64,000 nucleotides of DNA, taken from a virus (taxonomy: Duplodnaviria; Caudoviricetes). The notes under the pieces are model-generated. The model ran no database searches. It was not told the DNA's origin and worked only from the letters and a program-made list of their open reading frames with translations. Of this stretch, positions 38,295 through 48,800 are shown one piece after another (the first letter of the stretch is position 1; every line of letters begins with the position of its first letter). The translations under genes were made by a program, and so were the position numbers. The stretch lies in IMG/VR virus record IMGVR_UViG_2595698521_000001, positions 1 through 64,000 of that record. One strand, given 5' to 3'.

Positions 38295-38437
38295 TTTAAT
38301 CCCTCATTTCATTAGATTTTTGGTGCAATGATTCTTGCAAAAAGAAGTATAACACTAAAAATGAAAATCTGTAAAGTCGCTAAAATAACAGGTTTTCGCA
38401 CCATATAAAAAGGAGCGGAAATCCGCTCTCTTCTTAG

Positions 38438-39172
38438 TTATTTGTATACTTTGTATGTGATTGAATATCTAAAATCGAATCCGTTGCCGGATAAGAATGG
38501 CTTGATTTGCACAATGTCTTCTGCGTTCTTATCTGCTAAGAATTCATTTGCTTCATGTTCCGTGTCACAGTCCTTTACTCGTAACGTGGGTTTAGCTATT
38601 TTGCCTATAATTGTTCCTTCCTGCTTCTTCTGCTCCACATCAATTGGAGAACCTTCCGCAACGAAAAGATGGTGAGTCATAGCAAAATCAAATAACTGTC
38701 TATGCATTTTAATAATAGCTTCTCCATAGTCCTTTTGAGATGACCACTTTCCTCCTAAGTCCTCCCAGTACATTGCACTTCCTCGCTCTACGTAGTTAAA
38801 ACGTGGGTCAAGGATTGGACGTGAAATTATCCCCTTTTCATTACCGTATGCATATAAGTGCTGAAGTTGTGCTTCTACTCCTTCCCATATAGTATTAAAG
38901 CTATTACCTGTCATTCCAAGCTCTAATACCCCCATTCCACAATAATTATGTTGCTCCGGCTTTACTGCTGTCCCATCCGCAAACTTAAACCATCCTGTTT
39001 CAATGATAGATTGGCAGAATGCTATATCCCCTCGAATACTATAAAGCTTACCCAATTCAATAAAGGCTACTGCAATCTCTACATCAAAATCCGGATTATT
39101 ACGTTTTACAAAGTCCGCTAAAATTTGTGGCTCTTTAATCATTGCATTTCCCATTATCATTACTGTTTCCAT
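38438..39172 (-). CDS. glucosaminidase (GH73-like) domain protein
   Basis: GDIAFCQSIIETGWF, QHNYCG, GVEAQLQHL.AY, DPRF, LGGKW. Confidence 0.8.
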   Translation of the reverse strand: METVMIMGNAMIKEPQILADFVKRNNPDFDVEIAVAFIELGKLYSIRGDIAFCQSIIETGWFKFADGTAVKPEQHNYCGMGVLELGMTGNSFNTIWEGVEAQLQHLYAYGNEKGIISRPILDPRFNYVERGSAMYWEDLGGKWSSQKDYGEAIIKMHRQLFDFAMTHHLFVAEGSPIDVEQKKQEGTIIGKIAKPTLRVKDCDTEHEANEFLADKNAEDIVQIKPFLSGNGFDFRYSITYKVYK

Positions 39173-39185
39173 ATTAATTCCTCCC

Positions 39186-39470
39186 TTATTCGTATCCTAC
39201 AATTGTAGTTTGTGTTACTGGCTTTATTTCTCTTTCAGTATACCCATATCCGCTACATATGTCACAAGGCTTATAGTCTCTTCCTTCTTGGTATACCCAT
39301 CCACTGTCCGGAAGTCCTGTAGGGTACTTATTATATGTAGTATAAGTTTCCCCTTCCCCTTTACATTTAGGACATTCATATTGACGTAGACCTTGTACAT
39401 ATGCGACTAAATCCTCTAAAGTAATATTTCCGTAAGTTGCAAGTAGTCGTTTGGCTTCTTTAATTTTCAT
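39186..39470 (-). CDS. DnaJ-type Zn-finger protein
   Basis: CPKCKGEG and CDICSGYG. Confidence 0.65.
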   Translation of the reverse strand: MKIKEAKRLLATYGNITLEDLVAYVQGLRQYECPKCKGEGETYTTYNKYPTGLPDSGWVYQEGRDYKPCDICSGYGYTEREIKPVTQTTIVGYE

Positions 39471-39517
39471 AATGTCACCCCATTATAATAAGCAGAGGAT
39501 TAATCCCCTGCTCATTT

Positions 39518-39901
39518 CTATTCTTCTACCATTTCAAAGACTGCTTCTGATTGAGCTTCAATTTCTGCATTGACTAACTTATGCATCTTCTCATACTCAT
39601 CTTGGATTACCTTCTCATCATCCGGAACATTTCGCATAATGTAAACGTCCAAACGTGCTGATTGGTAGTTATCCATATTAAGAGTAACACCCAATCCGGA
39701 AGCTATCGTTGCAAATCCCGCAGGTGGAACTTTTCCCGTACTATTCGGAATGATTCCATCCATTAAAGGAGGTTTTGCACCTGGTATTTCAACTTGGTTA
39801 ACTGTTTTTCCTGCTTCTTTAATATCTACTTTTTTAGTAACTCTTTTCCCTTCAAGGGCTTTCTTTGCAGAGTTAGCTTTTTTCACTTTACGTACTGCCA
39901 T
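39518..39901 (-). CDS. hypothetical protein
   Basis: 127-aa ORF; GLGVTLNMDNYQSARLDV motif seen in phage proteins. Confidence 0.6.
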   Translation of the reverse strand: MAVRKVKKANSAKKALEGKRVTKKVDIKEAGKTVNQVEIPGAKPPLMDGIIPNSTGKVPPAGFATIASGLGVTLNMDNYQSARLDVYIMRNVPDDEKVIQDEYEKMHKLVNAEIEAQSEAVFEMVEE

Positions 39902-39914
39902 AACAGTTCACTCC

Positions 39915-40457
39915 TTATTTAGTTGTTGCTTTCTTACGTGTAGCTTTCTTCTTAGTTGCTTTCTTTTTCGGTTTTTCTTCAACCGCTTCTTTTTGATCAC
40001 CGGAAGTTTCGATTTCTACTCCCTCGGAAGTTTCTTCTTCGTTAACACTGATTCCATCTCCGGAAAGGTTAACTACTAATTTATCTCCCGCTTTCATGTT
40101 AGCACGAATTGAATCTATGTCAATTCCGTCTTCTGAAGCAGGTAATCCCATACCTACACGAGTGATAATTTGCATAAACTCGGTATCTTCCAAAACTTTC
40201 TCCGGAAAATCAAGATTATGCTCAATATGGTTTTTAACGTATGCTTCTTTACGTGCTAAATCCCATTTCTTCATTAATTCAAATTGTAAGTCGTCTTTCG
40301 GGAATGAAACTTTAACCGGAGTTGTTCCGTTTGTCATTCCGATAGAAACAGCATTAGCTCCTTCATTGAATGTAAACATTTGATATTCTGTTTCATCCAA
40401 ACCAAAACGATTAATCATAACTTCAGTTGCAATGTCTAACATTTGATTCTCTGCCAT
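39915..40457 (-). CDS. hypothetical protein with Lys-rich KKAT tail
   Basis: 180-aa ORF. Confidence 0.6.
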   Translation of the reverse strand: MAENQMLDIATEVMINRFGLDETEYQMFTFNEGANAVSIGMTNGTTPVKVSFPKDDLQFELMKKWDLARKEAYVKNHIEHNLDFPEKVLEDTEFMQIITRVGMGLPASEDGIDIDSIRANMKAGDKLVVNLSGDGISVNEEETSEGVEIETSGDQKEAVEEKPKKKATKKKATRKKATTK

Positions 40458-40478
40458 TATAGTTTCCCCATTTCTACT

Positions 40479-40673
40479 TTACTTAGTTTTATATTTATTT
40501 TCTAAAGCTTCGATTGTATCACTATCAATTAATAGGTATCTACTTCTCTCCGCTTCTGTAACCATATCTTTGTAATGCTTTTGACTTACAGTTGCTACAT
40601 CTCCGGCTTTGCCTACTTTTTCAAGAGCTTTCCAAAGTTTAAATGCAACTAGTTCCCAGTTAGTAGTTTTCAT
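40479..40673 (-). CDS. hypothetical protein
   Basis: 64-aa coupled ORF. Confidence 0.5.
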   Translation of the reverse strand: MKTTNWELVAFKLWKALEKVGKAGDVATVSQKHYKDMVTEAERSRYLLIDSDTIEALENKYKTK

Positions 40674-40996
40674 TACTTACCCTCATTTCTCGCAATTGAA
40701 GCATTAGCCCAAAATACAGCATTGTCGATATGTTTTAGTGCTTCTATAAATTCAACACTCCACTCCGGACAAAGCTCTGTAAGCTTCAAAGCAAACTCTT
40801 TCCCTGCTTCACGAATTTCACCGTATTTCTCCGGTTGTCCTTCTTTTGGCGGGTGGTAAGTAAATCTATTTTCAATAATGTTGCGTGTACTAGCTTTTGG
40901 GTCAAATCTAAATGTATCATCAGCGATAAGACCTACTGTAGTGCTTTTTGCGTTTAATGTGTATACTCCATCCTTTTCCATAGTACTAACCTCCAT
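40673..40996 (-). CDS. Acb2/Tad1-like helical hairpin protein (candidate nucleotide-signal sponge)
   Basis: ENRFTYHPPKEGQPEKY..IR....CP......AL..I..AVFWANASIARN. Confidence 0.65.
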   Translation of the reverse strand: MEVSTMEKDGVYTLNAKSTTVGLIADDTFRFDPKASTRNIIENRFTYHPPKEGQPEKYGEIREAGKEFALKLTELCPEWSVEFIEALKHIDNAVFWANASIARNEGK

Positions 40997-41321
40997 ATTT
41001 TGCGTTAATTGTTTCTAATGCTTCCCAAATCTTTTCCGAAAAGTCGGTGCTTGCGATAGACCATCCTTGACGGATATTACATTCTTTAGCAACTGCGCAA
41101 TACGCTTCAATTTGCTCCATAGAATATAATCGTTTGCTACCGTTACGGAAAATAGCGGGCGGTGTTACTCCGCTACTCTCCCATTTACGGATAGTTTGAG
41201 CATCACGAGGGAAGCCCATTTCTGTTAATTCGCTGACTAATCTACTAATCGGATATAACACAACTTCCTCCCCGTTAATGTTATATACTCGACCATCCTC
41301 TTTTAAAGGCATAAATATCAC
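40986..41321 (-). CDS. MerR-like HTH DNA-binding protein
   Basis: Y.I..L...QTIRKWESSGVTPP...KRLYS. Confidence 0.75.
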   Translation of the reverse strand: MIFMPLKEDGRVYNINGEEVVLYPISRLVSELTEMGFPRDAQTIRKWESSGVTPPAIFRNGSKRLYSMEQIEAYCAVAKECNIRQGWSIASTDFSEKIWEALETINAKYGG

Positions 41322-41935
41322 TCCTGTTCTTGTTGTAGCTTCTTATCATCAATGTACGCCATTGCATAATTTATGTTGATATCGCATAATTCCTCAAATT
41401 CATTCATTGGAATTACTTCGCTTGTAACTAACTGCTCAATTGCGCTCTCATCAATTACCTCAATCTTTTCTAATAGATGTGGAGCATGTTCTGCTAAAAC
41501 ATCCAATACCTGCTCGTCCGTAACGTCTGAAGCAATAACTTCTTTGTTACTCACTACTTTTTTAAGTAGCTTTTTCTTTTTAAGGTAGGCTTTCGCTCTT
41601 TCCTCATTTAAAGTAATTTTCTTACGTGCTTGTCTTTGCAGGTGAATTTTGTTCCCTTCACTATCAACCGTAGTAAATAGGAAGTGTCCGCTTGTATCCG
41701 GCTTGAACGTTTTCTCCATGAAAGTTCCTAATTCATTCTTTAGTTCTGTTTCACGTCCGCCTAAAAGTTTCAATTGTTGTTTTACACGGTATAGTTCTAA
41801 TTGCTTGTTCTGCATTTCTGCTACATCAATCTTATCTTCCTTTTTCTTTTTAGACGTTCCCAGTTTAATTTTCTTGCGCTTGATTACTGCCATGTTTTTC
41901 GTCCCCTCCGAAAAGTTACTTTGTATTAGTAACAA
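41318..41935 (-). CDS. hypothetical protein
   Basis: likely start MAVIKRK after GGAGG; coiled-coil N-terminus. Confidence 0.6.
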   Translation of the reverse strand: MLLIQSNFSEGTKNMAVIKRKKIKLGTSKKKKEDKIDVAEMQNKQLELYRVKQQLKLLGGRETELKNELGTFMEKTFKPDTSGHFLFTTVDSEGNKIHLQRQARKKITLNEERAKAYLKKKKLLKKVVSNKEVIASDVTDEQVLDVLAEHAPHLLEKIEVIDESAIEQLVTSEVIPMNEFEELCDININYAMAYIDDKKLQQEQE

Positions 41936-41947
41936 TAGATTATCATT

Positions 41948-42310
41948 TTAGTTGGTAAAAGTCAAATCATTAATTGGTAATAGTTTTGTGTTTTTGTACG
42001 GGTTTCCGAACGTTTCATTCCAATGCTCTTTAGAACAAAAGTGAAGTTGTCCGTCATATTGGATAATTTCAAACTTGTCTTTGCTAAGATATCCAAGTAC
42101 CGTTTCGTTCTTTCCTTCTATCATTCCAATAGTAACGAATACATGGTTACTAATCTCTTCCGGCAACATTTCTTGACCGAACTCATATACAATTCGATTT
42201 ATGTCTCGAATCTCTCCTTCTTCCTGTAAAACGAATTGTACTCTTTCTGCAATTTTTTCTAAGTATGGTTTCATAATTTCTTGTTTGATTTTCATTAAAA
42301 TTACCTCCAA
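41948..42310 (-). CDS. hypothetical protein
   Basis: likely start MKIKQ after GGAGG. Confidence 0.55.
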   Translation of the reverse strand: MEVILMKIKQEIMKPYLEKIAERVQFVLQEEGEIRDINRIVYEFGQEMLPEEISNHVFVTIGMIEGKNETVLGYLSKDKFEIIQYDGQLHFCSKEHWNETFGNPYKNTKLLPINDLTFTN

Positions 42311-42323
42311 TTTTTATACCTGC

Positions 42324-42374
42324 TCAGTATATATTATATATAATTATTATTTATTATTTATAAAGATATACTGA
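42324..42374. repeat. AT-rich element with inverted ends, copy 2
   Basis: TCAGTATATATTATATATAAT...ATATACTGA. Confidence 0.7.
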
Positions 42375-42378
42375 CAGC

Positions 42379-44091
42379 CTACTTTTTAAATTTTCCCCAT
42401 CCTCTTCTTGGTTGTTTCTTAGTTGGGAGTTTTAGTTCTTCACCTATTACAGTGAACTTTCTAGTTTTGTAAACTTTGTCTCTTTTCTTCCCGTGATTCT
42501 TAGCAACGGAAACATGCGGGAAACGATAGTCATATATCTTACAATCAGACTTTCCAGTTTTGGTTCTACGACATCTACCGATAGCTTGAATAGTATCTTT
42601 CTCATTTGCAACTGTAGACGCTAAGAAACCACGTTCCCACGCTTTAACGTTTGTCCCTTCCGTAGCGATTGAATACGTAGCGATTGTAATTAATACTTCT
42701 TTATCCTCCGCTCGTTTCTTCATTACTTCTTTAGGAGTTTTTGAATCTCCATAATACAACTGAATTTGCTCTGCGGGAACACCACGTTTAATTAGTGTTT
42801 CTTCTATTACTCTACAATGTTCTTTTTCGTGCGTGAATACAATGCAAGACTTACCTTGTTTGTATTCCGCTATTACATCAGTAGTTAGCATTCTGTTAAA
42901 TCTATCGTTGAAAGAAATTACTTTGCGCACTTCACTAATAGTAACGTTCTTAGGATGCACTTTCTTTTTAAATTGGTCAAATATGTCTTCCCCGAAAACT
43001 TCCTCAACCTCTTCTTCAGAGAACGGATCACCTTCCATCATGCGGTTATATAGTTCATCGTCCCATCCACCGCTATTGTGGAGAATGTCTGATATCTCTG
43101 AACGGTACTTTTTCATAACTTCATAGTGTCGCTTGTATTCCCATTCCATCGGTACGTTTTTAATAACTATTGTTGCCGGAAGAATATCCTCATCATCTTT
43201 ATCTTCTATGAATTCGAATACTTTCTTTCCGAAATGATGATATAGAACTTTTTCAAGTCCATCAGTTCTCATTGCAGTAGCAGTTAACCCTATTTTGAAT
43301 CGTGCAGGGAAATAGCTTAATGCTTTATAAATGTTAGCGACTGAATGGTGAAACTCATCAACTATTATCATGCCGAAGAAGTCTTTAATCTTATCAATCT
43401 TTTCCGGAGATAATCGGGACAATGTTTGTATAGTCGTAACAGTTATTTGTTTCCCGAATCTGAAGTCTTTACCTTTTATCAATCCGACTTCTTTCGGTTT
43501 CATTCCGAAAATAACTTTAGCGTCCTGCGTCCAACCATCAACTAAGTCATCTTTATGTACAATGACTAATGCTCTTTGTGAGAATTTGCGGGCTAAGTAC
43601 AGTCCTAATATTGATTTTCCTTTACCCGTTGGTAAAATAATTACTCCATTCTCATCTTTGTCTTCCAAATATGCTTTCAAGTATGCTTCAGACGCTTGTT
43701 TTTGGGTATCACGCAATTCTATCCGCAATTTCGGATATTCTACTCCATAATTGATTAACCGCTCATCTGACGTAACTTCATAAGGGAAAGGTATCGTGTA
43801 ACTTCTTGGAACTAATACTCTTCCTCCAATACCTTCTTCATAGTACTGAATATAAGGTGGTATCTTGCCTACCCCATATCTACTATGACGTTTAGCACTT
43901 TTATATGCGGGATTATCAAATGTTAGGTCTTCTTTAATTGCCACTAATTCATCCTCGGTACAGTTAGATATAATTTTTACTCCGCTAAGTTCTACTTTTA
44001 TCAAGTAAAATCCCTCCTTATAATAACTATTACCAATTGTACCGTAATTTGGGCAAAAGGAAAAGCCTACTCTATTGAGTAGACTTGTCAT
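42379..44091 (-). CDS. superfamily 2 (DEAD/DEAH-like) helicase
   Basis: LRDTQ, PTGKGKS, VDEFHH, GLTAT, QAIGRCRR; real start probably TTG near 44004. Confidence 0.9.
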   Translation of the reverse strand: MTSLLNRVGFSFCPNYGTIGNSYYKEGFYLIKVELSGVKIISNCTEDELVAIKEDLTFDNPAYKSAKRHSRYGVGKIPPYIQYYEEGIGGRVLVPRSYTIPFPYEVTSDERLINYGVEYPKLRIELRDTQKQASEAYLKAYLEDKDENGVIILPTGKGKSILGLYLARKFSQRALVIVHKDDLVDGWTQDAKVIFGMKPKEVGLIKGKDFRFGKQITVTTIQTLSRLSPEKIDKIKDFFGMIIVDEFHHSVANIYKALSYFPARFKIGLTATAMRTDGLEKVLYHHFGKKVFEFIEDKDDEDILPATIVIKNVPMEWEYKRHYEVMKKYRSEISDILHNSGGWDDELYNRMMEGDPFSEEEVEEVFGEDIFDQFKKKVHPKNVTISEVRKVISFNDRFNRMLTTDVIAEYKQGKSCIVFTHEKEHCRVIEETLIKRGVPAEQIQLYYGDSKTPKEVMKKRAEDKEVLITIATYSIATEGTNVKAWERGFLASTVANEKDTIQAIGRCRRTKTGKSDCKIYDYRFPHVSVAKNHGKKRDKVYKTRKFTVIGEELKLPTKKQPRRGWGKFKK

Positions 44092-44167
44092 TGTGTATGT
44101 CGATTACTATTCTAGCGACTACGATAAATAGGACTATGATATTTGCGATTTGAATATTCATTTCCAT
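44072..44167 (-). CDS. 31-aa membrane peptide after the holin
   Basis: hand translation MEMNIQIANIIVLFIVVARIVIDIHNDKSTQ; weak RBS. Confidence 0.4.
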   Translation of the reverse strand: MEMNIQIANIIVLFIVVARIVIDIHNDKSTQ

Positions 44168-44179
44168 AGTTTAACCTAT

Positions 44180-44407
44180 TTACTTTTGGTCGTCCTTGAA
44201 CCATTTATTTTCTGTTGTTGGGTCATTGACTAAACCGAAATAAGTAGCTAAGACTAGAACTGAATCGACTAGTGCAAGAATTTCCCCGCGAATTTGTTCT
44301 GTTATCTCTATGCCGAACAAATGAAGAGCTAATTGTGCAACAAGGATTATTTGTGCTGTGATAGCCATTAGCAATCCTTTGTTTCTGAAACGAGCTTTAT
44401 TAAACAT
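44180..44407 (-). CDS. holin
   Basis: RFRNKGLL, two TMs, GLVNDPTT; ATG at 44407 with GGGAGG RBS. Confidence 0.8.
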   Translation of the reverse strand: MFNKARFRNKGLLMAITAQIILVAQLALHLFGIEITEQIRGEILALVDSVLVLATYFGLVNDPTTENKWFKDDQK

Positions 44408-44408
44408 A

Positions 44409-44669
44409 TTAATTCGCCCCTCCCAATTTGTTATTAATCGAAGCAATATCCTTTTGGATACCGTCAATACTTGTAGTCATTTCTTGAATAACTGCAATGT
44501 ACTTTTCTTCTCTCTCGATGTATTTATCTTCACGAGCCTTTGATTCCGCTAAATACGAGTCTTCCCTTTGGCGTGAAGATTTTTGTTGCTCCCTGCTGTC
44601 CCAAATGACGTAAACAACAAGGGCTACGAATAGCCCATACTGCTTCGCAATCTCGAATAAGAATTCCAT
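44409..44669 (-). CDS. BhlA/UviB-like holin-associated protein
   Basis: QYGLFVAL TM, REDKY/REEKY, coiled-coil tail. Confidence 0.75.
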   Translation of the reverse strand: MEFLFEIAKQYGLFVALVVYVIWDSREQQKSSRQREDSYLAESKAREDKYIEREEKYIAVIQEMTTSIDGIQKDIASINNKLGGAN

Positions 44670-44687
44670 CCCGACACCTCGCTCCCC

Positions 44688-45401
44688 CTATTTAGTGAAA
44701 GCAGAGATAAAAGTATCGCTGTAGCCTTTTGCTTTAAGTTCTGCAACTAAAGCTTCAGCATTGCTTTTATCTTTGTAAGATGCAACTACTACACGGTAGA
44801 ATACTTCACCTTCTCCACCGCCAGTTGTTGGTGGTTGTACAACTTGCTTACGTGTTAAGCCCATTGCGTCTGCGATACCTTCAGCATATGCATGAGACAT
44901 TTCACGAACGAATGCTTCATTTTTAAGCAAGTTAGAATCAGCAGTATCAATGAATGCCATCTCAGTTAAAACAGCGTCCATTGCAGTTTCACGTAAAACG
45001 TGTAAGTCCTGCTTCTTCATACCACGGTCACGTAATCCGTATTTGTTCAATACTGGAACTACTTTCGCATGGATTTTCTTTTGTTTCTGTGCGCCTGTTG
45101 AAGCGTCAGAAAGTCCGCTATAGATAAAGTCTTCATATCCTGTTCCACCACCGGAGTTGATGTGAGCAGAGAAGAAGAAGTCCACTCCTAAACGGTTAGC
45201 TTGGTTTGTTCGGTCTGATAATGTAGGGAACACGTCACTAGTACGAGTCATCGTAATTTCAATACCGTCAAAGTTAGCTAGTAAGTAGTCACGAACTTGG
45301 AATCCGATGTTTAATGTTAATACTTTTTCAAGTAAACCATTTCCTACTGCACCGGAATCTGTTCCACCATGACCTGGATCAATTAGCAATTTTTTAACCA
45401 T
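44688..45401 (-). CDS. N-acetylmuramoyl-L-alanine amidase endolysin (Amidase_3 + SPOR)
   Basis: IDPGHGG, EK, SAHINS, VLRET, LTE; C-terminal YRVVVASY...NAEAL SPOR. Confidence 0.92.
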   Translation of the reverse strand: MVKKLLIDPGHGGTDSGAVGNGLLEKVLTLNIGFQVRDYLLANFDGIEITMTRTSDVFPTLSDRTNQANRLGVDFFFSAHINSGGGTGYEDFIYSGLSDASTGAQKQKKIHAKVVPVLNKYGLRDRGMKKQDLHVLRETAMDAVLTEMAFIDTADSNLLKNEAFVREMSHAYAEGIADAMGLTRKQVVQPPTTGGGEGEVFYRVVVASYKDKSNAEALVAELKAKGYSDTFISAFTK

Positions 45402-45503
45402 TATAATTCCTCCCTCTTTTGTATTCCCTATTATGATACTGGAAAACATTGCAGATTTCTACACTCTTGACAAAATAAAAGGACACGCAAGGTGTCCAAT
45501 TCA

Positions 45504-45809
45504 TTAAATATTTGTCGCTTCGCAAAATTCCGGATGCTTTTCCTTTAAATATACGTAGCATTGTTTTAGATGGTTTACATCTTCGTCACTCACCGTAGCA
45601 GAGCAGAAGTACTTCTCATAGTCCAGTGGTGAAACATTTACCTTTCTCATCTCTAAAGGAGTGCTTCCATTCTTTCGTGCGTTCTCATCAACATAACCAC
45701 CTAATGTAATGATTACAATATGACGGTTAAAGTCGATTTGCATATTTGATACTTTCCAGTAATGGACGTTTACTCCGTAACTAGTTTCCATTTCATTTTT
45801 TAATGCCAT
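45504..45809 (-). CDS. hypothetical protein (tail-fibre associated)
   Basis: 101-aa ORF directly after the fibre gene. Confidence 0.6.
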   Translation of the reverse strand: MALKNEMETSYGVNVHYWKVSNMQIDFNRHIVIITLGGYVDENARKNGSTPLEMRKVNVSPLDYEKYFCSATVSDEDVNHLKQCYVYLKEKHPEFCEATNI

Positions 45810-45811
45810 GC

Positions 45812-48800
45812 TTAATTGCTCCCTTCTAATTTAGCTAATCTTTCTAGTACTTCAGCTAATGTATTCTTTAATTCCGCATTTTCTGTTTCAAGTGCGTCAA
45901 TTCTTTCTTCTTGCGCTTCAGTTTTTTCGATGTTGTGTTTTGTACCGGAAGCAACAAGGGAAGCGAATGAGTAGATATCTACCGATGGGTTCGTATCAAA
46001 TGTTTCTCCATCCTTATCTAATACGAAGAATGGTAGTTCATCTGCCATCGTTCCTAACTTCATTTCGTTCTCGCTGTTTTCTCGGTCTGTGTAGTGGTAA
46101 GTGTAAATGCTTAGGTCTTTCAGAGCATTATAACCCATTTCATCATCGTACACTTGGATATCGCCCTTAATCTTTCTATCAGACGCTTGAATCCATCCCG
46201 CAGAAGTGTATCCTTTGTAGAACTTGAAGTCATTCGTCCCTACAAATCCATAACCCGAACGTGGATAAGGCATAATTGTAGGCTCTTTACCTTCAGTTCC
46301 CACACCATTACTGTTAAATGTAATGTAGTTATCATACACAACGTTATTAATCATGAAGTCTAAAGAGTTACCTTGCATACGATGCGTAGTGTTCTCTTTC
46401 TCACGACCAATCCATACTTGACCTTCCATCGAAATTTTCCCGAAATCATTTCCGTAGTTGATAACAAGACCGGGACCATATGTTGTTCCTACCATAGCAC
46501 GTTTACCGCCTAAAGTAGTTAAGTCATACGTTCCTCTTACTTCCCATGAACCCCAGTGAGATTTAAGAGTTACAGGGTCGCCCGCATAAGATAAGATTCC
46601 GTCATCTCGTAATTGCAGGTATTTTCCGGATTTAGTATTGGTAATGTAAGCATCACTTGCTCCTACTCCCATTAACATACTCTTATCGGTAGTTCCACCT
46701 CTAATGTAGTTACCCCAAACTGTTCCGTTGTCTTGGAATTGTATAGAGTTACCTACATCCCAATCTTGTGCGTTTACAGATTTCGAAGGGACTAATGAAA
46801 TTGCTTGCGTAGAAGGGTCATTCCATAATGTCCATGACTTCTTATTCTGTACTTTAGAAATTAACGGATAAGCATGATTAACTGTAAGACTTCCCGTGAA
46901 AGTATCACCTTTTACGAATGCATAAACGCTATCGTGGTTGTGATTTGCTTCTGCTTTAGATGTTTTCAATCCTTCAGCAGTATCAAATACTCGCTTCAAT
47001 GCGTTTGCAGTTGGTGCTTGTGTTACCGATGTACTATTTGAAGCATCCGTTAACTGTACAATACCCGGATTTCCTGTTGCCGCAGTCGGTAAGTTCTGCC
47101 ATGTATTATCATTTCGTAAGAAGCGATATCCGTTTGCAGTCTCCGTATTCGGAACATGGTTTCCGTGAGAAGCTTTCGCATAAACTGTATCATGATTGTG
47201 GTCACTTCTTGCTACTTGTGTAGCACTACCATTTCCTCCGAAGTTTACGGATAGAGTTGTATCTGTTCCGATGTTACTTCCACCTAATAATCCTGCTCCG
47301 GAATTAATTTTTACATTGTATCCGGCATATTTAGCAGAAAGGTTTGTTCCTCCCTCACTAATATTACCTGGTACAAGTAAGTTACCCGAACGGTTAAATA
47401 CCATTTCTTTTCTATCTTCCCATGCAGTATTAACATTTGCTAAGAAATAGATATCAGCATCCGCAGTTACAAACATATTTTCAGCAGAGGTAGCTACGTT
47501 AGGAGCAACAGTAGCAAGCGCACCTTCACCTGCTCCGATGATTACTGGACCGCCACCTTCGATTACTAATTTCATTCCGTATTGGTCTGCATCAGAAGCT
47601 TGTATTACTTTACGTTTATACCATTTAGTTGCTCCTGTAGCATCTTGATACGATTTGTTAATAGATATTCCCGCATCCTGCATAGTTAGGTCGCCCGTCA
47701 TTGTGTCTCCTGCACGAGTAACTTGTTTTGCTAATTCAGTAGCAAGGATTTCATCATCCGTAAGTCTCTTCCATGCGCTCCATGAAGTTCTATTCCAAGC
47801 AGAGCGTACAAATACTTGAGCACCTGTATGTGAAGTGTAGCGTTGGAATAAGTGTCTATCTTCACTAGTATTTCTGTATACTTCTAATGTACCGTAAGGG
47901 TAACAGTTAGGTGGTGTAGAAGCGTGTCGAGTACCTGTAGCATCAGAAACGTTATAGTTACCTGTAGTAATAATTGCGTTCCAATCACTTTGTACAGTAG
48001 TACTTGCAGTTTGTTCTCGGACTATATTCCACCCCGCATGAATTACATCCCACGTATTGTCGATTTTTACAGGACCATTAATATTAACTCCGTTTTTAAA
48101 ATCTTTACCGTAGTTAAGGTGGAGTTTGTCTTCCCCAGTAGTTGGCATACCTACTACTGCTCGTTTGTCCCAAACTAGTAAATCTTGCCCTCCGTTTGTT
48201 CTCCACTGTCCCCAATCTTTATGAATGCTTGGTTTATCTGCATGGTCTTTAAAAGTCTTCGTGTCTACTACTTCATCAAGGAAAGCTAGTTTTCTTTTCG
48301 CATTCCATGTTGCACCATCAAATGCTCCTTGTTGTAAATATACTCCCTCTTGTGACTTATCAAGTAAGAGCATGTTTATTTTCCCGCCCGATTGGTCTTG
48401 GTAAGTAGAGAATACCATTGCATCTGCATACGGACTATTTGCTACGTTGTTTAATCCCGTAAATAGGAATTGTACTTCTTTATACTTAGTAGGAGCGGTA
48501 GCACCAAACTGGGTAGGAGTAGTAGTTCTTACATCTCCCGCTTGTACACTATAGATTGTGTTACCACTTGCAGTATAAGCAGTATCATGATTATGGTTTA
48601 ATGATGCTTTGTTGTTTAGTGCTGATTGTAGTCCAGTGATATTGTCGATAGTATGCGCATGACTATTATCAGCAATTTCTACTGTACCGTCTGTTTGGAT
48701 AACTAAATCTCTTCCGCTCTTAATACCACCCAATACTGAAGCAGTAGCAATTGGAAGTGAGTAGTTACTTAATCCGGCAAGTTTATTCTTTTCAGCAGTT

